The notes under the pieces were generated by a model. That model made no database searches. It worked only from the letters and a program-made list of their open reading frames with translations, and was not told where the DNA came from. Below are positions 57,919 through 64,000 of a stretch of DNA of 64,000 bases, one piece after another; within the stretch, counting starts at the first letter, position 1; every line of letters starts with the position of its first letter. The DNA is from a virus, in IMG/VR virus record IMGVR_UViG_3300043567_001187, positions 30,486-94,485 of that record. One strand, given 5' to 3'. The position numbers and the translations under genes are program-made.

Positions 57919-58200
57919 TCAGCCGTTAGCATGGGCCTTGAGACGACGAACAACCTCTGCCATAGCCTCGATATTATCGACTGTCTTATTCGGCTTGGCA
58001 CGTTCCATAGATGGAAGTTCCATACCCTTCTTAGCCAGAGCGGCCTTTGTACGAGCATATCTAGCCATCGTACTAGCGACCTTCTGCCCAGTCTTGGACG
58101 CAATTTCCGCATAAGTCTTAGAAGAAAATACAGCCTCAAGAAACTGCTCATCATCACAACGAACACGCTTCTGCTTCTCACTTGTAATTACATCGCCCAT
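57919..58200 (-). CDS. small basic HTH-like protein
   Basis: TYAEIASKTGQKVASTMAR; GAGAGG SD; strong promoter upstream. Confidence 0.7.
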   Translation of the reverse strand: MGDVITSEKQKRVRCDDEQFLEAVFSSKTYAEIASKTGQKVASTMARYARTKAALAKKGMELPSMERAKPNKTVDNIEAMAEVVRRLKAHANG

Positions 58201-58277
58201 AATCAACCTCTCAATCTTTGAAACCAAATTTACAACCAAGTTCGATCACGCGACCGAATCACTTGTGTTGTATCCTC

Positions 58278-58305
58278 ATTCTATCCTATGGTATCGTCTT
58301 GTCAA
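58278..58305 (-). promoter_or_regulatory. sigma70-type promoter
   Basis: TTGACA-16-TAGAAT, CGATA in spacer. Confidence 0.75.
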
Positions 58306-58324
58306 GAGTCCAAACTTGAAAAAA

Positions 58325-58510
58325 TCAGAAAGCCACTAAAGATTCTTGTTTGTGACGATTTTCCAAATCTTGGTATGCAATTTTTAGTAATTCGTTTTCT
58401 GTTTCTAGTTTAGATATGATTTCTTTTGCTTGAGATAAAGCAAGTGTTAAAAACTTAATTTTATTAGCTAATTCATCAGCAACATAGGATCGCATACTTT
58501 TAACTACCAT
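58325..58510 (-). CDS. coiled-coil hypothetical protein
   Basis: AAGGAG SD. Confidence 0.55.
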   Translation of the reverse strand: MVVKSMRSYVADELANKIKFLTLALSQAKEIISKLETENELLKIAYQDLENRHKQESLVAF

Positions 58511-58544
58511 ATTTTTCTCCTTTATAGATAGATGGTAGACACTG

Positions 58545-58817
58545 TTAATTACACCGTGTAGATATAAAATCCTTGAGTTCTTTTAATTGAATATTATTAA
58601 GAACTATTTGATCACCATATGGTTGACCATAAAACAATATACGATAACAGTATCGTAACTTTTGCCACAAAGATATTTTATGACCATAAAAACTAGTAAA
58701 AATAGCAAAATCTGCTAATTTTAGTTCATGGTCATAGTCTATATACAAAACTTCAGTCCCACAAGTACATAAAATAAATAAGGTCTTATTTGTTTTTAGA
58801 TTTGTTAGGCTTGCCAT
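58545..58817 (-). CDS. hypothetical protein
   Basis: ORF with CTC motif. Confidence 0.55.
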   Translation of the reverse strand: MASLTNLKTNKTLFILCTCGTEVLYIDYDHELKLADFAIFTSFYGHKISLWQKLRYCYRILFYGQPYGDQIVLNNIQLKELKDFISTRCN

Positions 58818-58905
58818 GTTTAAAAATCTTGTCGTAGTTTTTTGACCATGTTTTATAGTCTATGTTTTTTGGTCGCTGTCTAGATCCTTTTCCATTTTGA
58901 CTCAT
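58786..58905 (-). CDS. small basic peptide (39 aa)
   Basis: Hand-translated MSQNGKGSRQRPKNIDYKTWSKNYDKIF; GGAG SD. Confidence 0.6.
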   Translation of the reverse strand: MSQNGKGSRQRPKNIDYKTWSKNYDKIFKHGKPNKSKNK

Positions 58906-58934
58906 ATTAGTTCTCCAATACAAAACTCCAGTAT

Positions 58935-59007
58935 TTATATTCCAGATTTGCTAAGATTGTCTTTAGCCCAATTTTTTCTTTTTTTTACATTTTACACATT
59001 GTTTCAT
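58935..59007 (-). pseudogene. collapsed HNH endonuclease remnant
   Basis: MKQCVKCKKKKK joined out of frame to WAKDNLSKSGI*. Confidence 0.45.
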
Positions 59008-59050
59008 AGTATATTCCTAAGCATGACTATTTGCTTATTGCAAACACCAA

Positions 59051-59749
59051 TTATTCAAAAACATAAGACCAATAACGAGAATCAGTTTTATTTTGTTTTG
59101 CATCCCAAAAAATACATCTAGCAATATACGGGGGAACTCCTAATTTACCACAATTAATACTCCAATGCCTCTCCATTTTCTTATATTCCTCCAAACCTTT
59201 TTTAGATTGATAGGTTAAGGTTTTCATACCATACAATTCCAACATATGAGTATCTCCACAAAATACCCTACACTCATTAGGATGGCATTGTTCCAATGAA
59301 AACGAAACTTTTGCAGTACCTAGTCCAGAAATATTCTTGACAATCTGATCTCTCTTTTTTACATGATACTTTTTGGCTGTTAGATAAAAATCTTTGGGGT
59401 TGGCCCAAAACTTATCCTTAAAATCCCAAATAAACTTTGTACGATTGTTATATAGTCCACAACCGCTGTTCTTAATCTTGTTTCTGAGAAGTTCTTTATC
59501 ATCAATCCAATCATTAAAGTCTTTGATAGCATTATATCCACTCACATTAGACTTCCATGTGGTATGAACGCTCATAAAACTAAACAAATATCGACGAAAA
59601 ATATCTTCATGATTTTGTGGCCTAACACTTTCCCAGTATTCCTTATAGGCTACAACCCTATCTCTAGGAAAATTCTCAAAGAAAATATCAGCCTTAGTCT
59701 TGTTCATGTCAGTATTCTGAACCGGAATCACTGTATTCTCAACAATCAT
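59051..59749 (-). CDS. HhH-GPD DNA glycosylase-like protein
   Basis: ISGLGTAKVSF...GDTHML. Confidence 0.65.
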   Translation of the reverse strand: MIVENTVIPVQNTDMNKTKADIFFENFPRDRVVAYKEYWESVRPQNHEDIFRRYLFSFMSVHTTWKSNVSGYNAIKDFNDWIDDKELLRNKIKNSGCGLYNNRTKFIWDFKDKFWANPKDFYLTAKKYHVKKRDQIVKNISGLGTAKVSFSLEQCHPNECRVFCGDTHMLELYGMKTLTYQSKKGLEEYKKMERHWSINCGKLGVPPYIARCIFWDAKQNKTDSRYWSYVFE

Positions 59750-59776
59750 AAAACCTCCAAAAGCGTGTATGCTACG

Positions 59777-59805
59777 ATTCTACCTTAATGGTATCGGCTT
59801 GTCAA
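59777..59805 (-). promoter_or_regulatory. sigma70-type promoter
   Basis: TTGACA-17-TAGAAT, CGATA in spacer, GGAGG SD. Confidence 0.75.
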
Positions 59806-60467
59806 CCCGCTCTCTTGAAAAATCCTAATGCTTCCTCTATTGACCAGTCTATATTAGAGTCTATAAGTTCTTTTTGTTGATGGTTAAATTCAGCCGGATT
59901 TTTTTGAAAAGGCTCTGGTGCTTGACCTTGATTTATAAGATTAAATCTATGTCCTATAATATTAAGATAATTATGATGATTCTTTAAAAACGTATCGTAT
60001 GATAATAATACATAGTTTTTAGCAATTACCGGCATTATATTGTTAAGATAATAACATTTTTCTTTACGTAGTTCAAAAAGATTTTTATATCTTTGTTTGG
60101 TTTTATAATTTCTATCGTATAAAATTTCTCTACGTTTATTATCTAAAGAATACCATTCACTTGTTAATAGTTTATTAAAATTCCATCTAATTTCCCTTGG
60201 AGCATGATGGGGAGCTAAATACATAGCACATAACCAGTCATAGGGATTTCTTACTATACCAATAAACAAGGTGCTTCTTGCTATAGGATGATAAGATATA
60301 GTTTCTGGTTTAGTAAAACCAAAAAAATGTTTAAATCCAAAGAAATATGTAAGTTCTAAACCAAATCGCTGCTTGATACAACTTTCTAAAAAATTAGTTC
60401 CAGAATGTCTTTCACCATATATAGTAAATTTATCTATATAATGAGAATTTCTATAGAGTTGTAACAC
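59802..60467 (-). CDS. sulfotransferase-like protein
   Basis: YGERHSGTNFL (5'-PSB-like), IVRNPYDWL (3'-PB-like). Confidence 0.65.
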   Translation of the reverse strand: MLQLYRNSHYIDKFTIYGERHSGTNFLESCIKQRFGLELTYFFGFKHFFGFTKPETISYHPIARSTLFIGIVRNPYDWLCAMYLAPHHAPREIRWNFNKLLTSEWYSLDNKRREILYDRNYKTKQRYKNLFELRKEKCYYLNNIMPVIAKNYVLLSYDTFLKNHHNYLNIIGHRFNLINQGQAPEPFQKNPAEFNHQQKELIDSNIDWSIEEALGFFKRAG

Positions 60468-60469
60468 TT

Positions 60470-61786
60470 TTAATCTATTCTCTTATCTCCATGCAAATAC
60501 TTAAACGTAGGAAAACGCAAACTAATACCACCATCCTGATTCTCGCTTTCGCTAAAATATTGGACAGTAATTACTTTTCCAAGAATTTTCTTAGGGTGTT
60601 TGTAAAAGTCTTGACGCTGTTCAATACTAAATCCGCTACCAACTCTAACGTCATGGTTCTTATATTTAATAGTTACACAACTAAGCATAGTTTCCTCATG
60701 TTCTGCACTATTCTTTACGTATCTAAATGGCCCCATTTCTACATCTACTACTTCATACTCATCATCAAAAAAACTCTTATATTTAAGAAGGTCTTTGCTT
60801 CTTTTACCCTTATAAGGCTCATTTGCTCTGAGCATCAAACCTTCCCAATTGTATTCATTGGCTCGACCAGTCCATTCGGCAAAATGGTCATCGTCTTTAA
60901 TGAGTTCTTGACCAAGTACACTCAGACAAACGCAAGTATTTTCTCTCATTACTTCTAGTAGATTATTATAACGAATAGAATATGGTTTGTTCGACTGCCC
61001 CTTCTTGCTATAAAATTCATCGTTACTAATCATATCAAAAATTTTATATGATGGATTAGGGATAGTATGATCCTTCTTTTTTAGTTGTTTCATAACCCCC
61101 TGAAAATCCTCATTACCTTCGTCATCAACAAGACAAAGTTCACCATCAAATACTATATTAGTAATGTTAAGAGCCTTAATACCGCCCCTGACAACATCAA
61201 GAGTATCAAAGGTTTTTCCCGTGCGGGAATAGAAGGTAGTATCACCGCTGCTATCAACAATGCCGATACATCTAGCACCATCAATCTTTCTGCTAACATA
61301 CCAACCATCCTTCCAGTCTACGAGTTTAGGTTCGTACTTATCCGCCAGAGCAACGCTAAACTCTGGAATATGATCCGGTATAGCCTTGTTGATAATCTTA
61401 TCACCCGCTCTGGTTTTCAAGTCCTTATCAATAATACAATGAATTAGTTCCTCATATTCGTCATTATGTTCAATAAAACTATTGACAGCAGCAATAGCAT
61501 CGTGACCAGTAATCTTACGGTCTTTTAGATCATCCAAAAGATCAAAGAAATTACTGTATTCATTCTTTCGTGCAACAAGATGATTCTTTTTCTTTAGATT
61601 ATCACTTGTTACATTATATTGCCACAAAGGATGATAAGTATAAAGAAGAATTTTCTTAGCAAATATCGCTGATGGATTATTGAAAATCCCACAATTAATC
61701 TTAATAAGATCTTCTTTGTCTTTTGTACTACTAGTTGCTCTCAGGGCATCAACCATATTCTGCACATAATCAAAATCGTGAGTCAT
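60470..61786 (-). CDS. ATP-dependent DNA ligase
   Basis: KIDGAR, SRTGK, FDGEL, IFD, EGLMLR, KRSKDLLKYK, VGSGF, LRFP. Confidence 0.95.
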   Translation of the reverse strand: MTHDFDYVQNMVDALRATSSTKDKEDLIKINCGIFNNPSAIFAKKILLYTYHPLWQYNVTSDNLKKKNHLVARKNEYSNFFDLLDDLKDRKITGHDAIAAVNSFIEHNDEYEELIHCIIDKDLKTRAGDKIINKAIPDHIPEFSVALADKYEPKLVDWKDGWYVSRKIDGARCIGIVDSSGDTTFYSRTGKTFDTLDVVRGGIKALNITNIVFDGELCLVDDEGNEDFQGVMKQLKKKDHTIPNPSYKIFDMISNDEFYSKKGQSNKPYSIRYNNLLEVMRENTCVCLSVLGQELIKDDDHFAEWTGRANEYNWEGLMLRANEPYKGKRSKDLLKYKSFFDDEYEVVDVEMGPFRYVKNSAEHEETMLSCVTIKYKNHDVRVGSGFSIEQRQDFYKHPKKILGKVITVQYFSESENQDGGISLRFPTFKYLHGDKRID

Positions 61787-61811
61787 CCGTTTAGTCTCCT
61801 TTGTTTAGCGT

Positions 61812-61839
61812 AGTATACCATACGCTAGTCCTTTGTCAA
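61812..61839 (-). promoter_or_regulatory. sigma70-type promoter for ligase
   Basis: TTGACA-16-TATACT with extended TG. Confidence 0.75.
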
Positions 61840-61850
61840 GTATCGACAAT

Positions 61851-62056
61851 CTAGTGCTGCTTCTTGAATCTTTCGCTTAATTTTTGTACTAAATCGCTGC
61901 CCGCTGTTGGAAAAAACATGTAAAAATAGAGTGAACAATCAAATAAAATCCCGCTATTAAACAGTTTACCCCATAGAATATAGCAAAAATCATATGCTCA
62001 TTATAAGTCATATTGTTTTCTTGTAGGTGTTCAGTCCATTTTTTCTTTAAACTCAT
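61851..62056 (-). CDS. DUF6356-like small membrane protein with frameshift at T-run (~61911)
   Basis: HLQENNMTYNEH..LIVHSIFTCF, continuing in the -1 frame as FPTAGSDLVQKL. Confidence 0.55.
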
Positions 62057-62681
62057 AAAACCATAACTCCTCATTACTTTCACTTATCCATTTATTGCCA
62101 CTATATTCACAACTAAATTCTTTGCTAAATACCTTCCAATGAGGTTTAGTATCAAATTTTCTACTAATAAAACTCCCACCATCTAACCAAAATATTCTAT
62201 TATTAGGCTGAATAAAATACTGACCATCTCCAACAAAAACATGACCACATTTATGTCCTCCAGCCATTTCTCCATATCCATTATTATATTGTGGCCCTAA
62301 ACACCAGTCTAGCGTGAACATATACTGTGCTTTTTCTATAGTTTTATTTTTTAATAACAAATTTGCTGCTCTATTTTTTGTATACTGATTAATATTAACA
62401 GAAACATAATAACTTAAACTATCCCATAGTTGAATCCAATCTAAGGAATAGTTAGTTCCTCCATTTTGTATGGAGTGTAAATAGTGTATAGGAACCCTGG
62501 CGTGTTGACTACCATACTCTGTCATTATGCTAAATAAACCGCATCTTTGAGGTATGCTAGTATAACCAAAGACTTCTACCAAGGTTCTAGGGTTGCTAGA
62601 TTTTGGTTCTTCATTATAAAAAAAAGCATTATCTACATAAGCAGAGAATACTGGGACATCTATATTGAGATAATTACTCAT
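62031..62681 (-). CDS. conserved phage hypothetical protein
   Basis: QLWD, YMFTLDW, HKCGH, QPNNR. Confidence 0.65.
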   Translation of the reverse strand: MSNYLNIDVPVFSAYVDNAFFYNEEPKSSNPRTLVEVFGYTSIPQRCGLFSIMTEYGSQHARVPIHYLHSIQNGGTNYSLDWIQLWDSLSYYVSVNINQYTKNRAANLLLKNKTIEKAQYMFTLDWCLGPQYNNGYGEMAGGHKCGHVFVGDGQYFIQPNNRIFWLDGGSFISRKFDTKPHWKVFSKEFSCEYSGNKWISESNEELWFYEFKEKMD

Positions 62682-63024
62682 ATTTTCTATTCCTTGATGC
62701 TATCAAGTAATTTACTGCTTTTATAACACTATCTAAATTATCTCCTAGTTTTCCAAGACCAGTATTGCAAGGTTCGCAGATCCAACCCCTAAAACTATCA
62801 TCAGAATGATCATGATCCAAACACCATTTGTATGGAACTTTTCCACAAAGTTCACAAAATTCTGGTTTTGGTGGGGCAGTTTTATGTAATCCACTTCGTA
62901 TCTTAGAATGTTTTTTAACACACTTTCTACATCTACTATCTAGATTATCTTTGTACATACTGTGTTTAGGAAAACTTTTAAGGTTTTTTCTTTCACCACA
63001 GTAGGTACAAATTTTTCTAGGCAT
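62674..63024 (-). CDS. endonuclease VII-family nuclease
   Basis: CELC, LDHDH..RGWICEPCNTGLG.LGDN; N-terminal CxxC pairs. Confidence 0.85.
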   Translation of the reverse strand: MPRKICTYCGERKNLKSFPKHSMYKDNLDSRCRKCVKKHSKIRSGLHKTAPPKPEFCELCGKVPYKWCLDHDHSDDSFRGWICEPCNTGLGKLGDNLDSVIKAVNYLIASRNRKYE

Positions 63025-63047
63025 TATGGAGATGGTAGGAGTTTAAG

Positions 63048-63402
63048 TGGAGGCGGCGGGTTCTGCCCCCGCGTGTTGTGATATTTCTAATTACATCTTC
63101 TACAAGTTTATTTTATTCATGAGTTAAATTGGATTACAGAATAAACAAGACTAATCCAATCTTACCAACTTCTCTTAACCTACAACCCGTTGGATATTGT
63201 AAGTGCAGAGGGATTTGACGACAGACTTTTGATCGCTACCCTCATTCGCAATCTCAGTCTGTTACTGCCCTTTTTTGTCAGGCAGCAAGTGCTAACTGAT
63301 TTGTGCCAGTTAAAGCATTTGGTAGATTTTTATAGTGGCCTTTCCACCAACCACTACTTGCTAACATAATCTTCTATATCCAATCGATTCTATTTCGCCC
63401 CC
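63048..63402 (-). ncRNA. ssrA: tmRNA, one-piece, 355 nt; tag (A)GTNQLALAA at 63278..63307
   Basis: GGGGGCG/CGCCUCC-A acceptor with G3-U70, P2 helices, pk1 (GUAGUGG/CCACUAU, UUGGUGGA/UCUACCAA), UAACU resume context, ALAA-stop. Confidence 0.92.
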
Positions 63403-63971
63403 TATTTTATAGTACACCTTTTACACTTATTGTCAACCGTCTTGTTAGACTCTACAGAATGTCTATATACTCCCATAACTATTCCACTAGTAGTTCCCAC
63501 ATTTAGTGAACGTACACTACCATAATGAGGAATGGTCAAAATCACATTAGCACGATCTAAAATCAGATTTGATAATCCTTTGCTTTCTTCTCCAAAAATA
63601 AATATTGGCTCAAGAGCATTATAGAACTTGTAGTGGAAAAGATTAATGGTTTTGTCATCATACTCCGGAATATTATTTTCTATTGCAATAAGGGTTCGTC
63701 CAGAACATTGCAAAAGAAAAGACTCTTCGTCTTTATGGTGATATATAGGAGTATAATTATGTGTTCCTACGCTACCTCTTTTATCCCACTTCTTTTTGCC
63801 AACATAGTGTACACTTCTAAATCCAAAAAAGTTAGCATTACGAACCATTGTGCTAAGATTAAAGTCTCCATTTATATTAATCATAGCAACACTGGCTGGT
63901 ATACTAGTGCTATGACAATAATTAGCAATATCTGGAATCTCTAGTTCTTTCAGACTATCTATCACATTCAT
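63402..63971 (-). CDS. SpoU/TrmH-family RNA 2'-O-methyltransferase
   Basis: NLSTMVRNA, IFGEESKGL, IPHYGSVRSLNV. Confidence 0.88.
   Translation of the reverse strand: MNVIDSLKELEIPDIANYCHSTSIPASVAMININGDFNLSTMVRNANFFGFRSVHYVGKKKWDKRGSVGTHNYTPIYHHKDEESFLLQCSGRTLIAIENNIPEYDDKTINLFHYKFYNALEPIFIFGEESKGLSNLILDRANVILTIPHYGSVRSLNVGTTSGIVMGVYRHSVESNKTVDNKCKRCTIK
63409..63436 (-). promoter_or_regulatory. promoter for tmRNA
   Basis: TTGACA-16-TACTAT, overlapping GGTGTA; predicted +1 near G1. Confidence 0.6.
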
Positions 63972-64000
63972 TTTGAAGATCCAATAATTGTTTTTCCAAA

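Noticed and set aside
971-63944. Numerous plus-strand ORFs in the track
   Set aside because: Antisense shadows of well-supported minus-strand genes, with no motifs or RBS; only the HNH at 57094..57546 is accepted
1-64000. Stop-codon reassignment
   Set aside because: Conserved genes are full length in code 11, and TAA, TAG and TGA all terminate genes

Overview
A 64-kb segment of an AT-rich (roughly 30% GC by eye) large dsDNA bacteriophage genome. Nearly all genes are on the minus strand, read with the standard genetic code. From left to right: (1) a replication/recombination module (SSB, intein-less split DnaE flanking a DnaQ-like exonuclease, Cas4/RecB-like nuclease, dNMP kinase, primase, DnaB, RecA); (2) PhoH, class II RNR and dCMP deaminase; (3) a membrane/putative lysis operon built around a papain-like peptidase; (4) beta-helix fibre-like paralogs, one with a high-GC LamG graft; (5) a dead DeoC fold, ClpP, a sigma factor, GuaC and an NDT-like gene; (6) an 11-kb unusual-sugar cluster; (7) macrodomain, trypsin, thioredoxin and actin-like ATPase genes, and RuvB with a Zn-ribbon/RuvA-domain-III partner; (8) a RepB-like primase, rIIA/rIIB and a kinase; (9) a tRNA-Leu(UAA) with a 197-nt group I intron abutting the only plus-strand gene (an HNH nuclease); (10) glycosylase, ligase, EndoVII, tmRNA and SpoU. 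Non-coding signals found by hand: sigma70-type promoters with 16-bp spacers, a GGTGTA putative late-promoter motif, an anticodon-less tRNA-like element, and a hairpin carrying a 12-nt antisense copy of its upstream gene's RBS. All calls come from motif reading without database searches, and the host is not determined.
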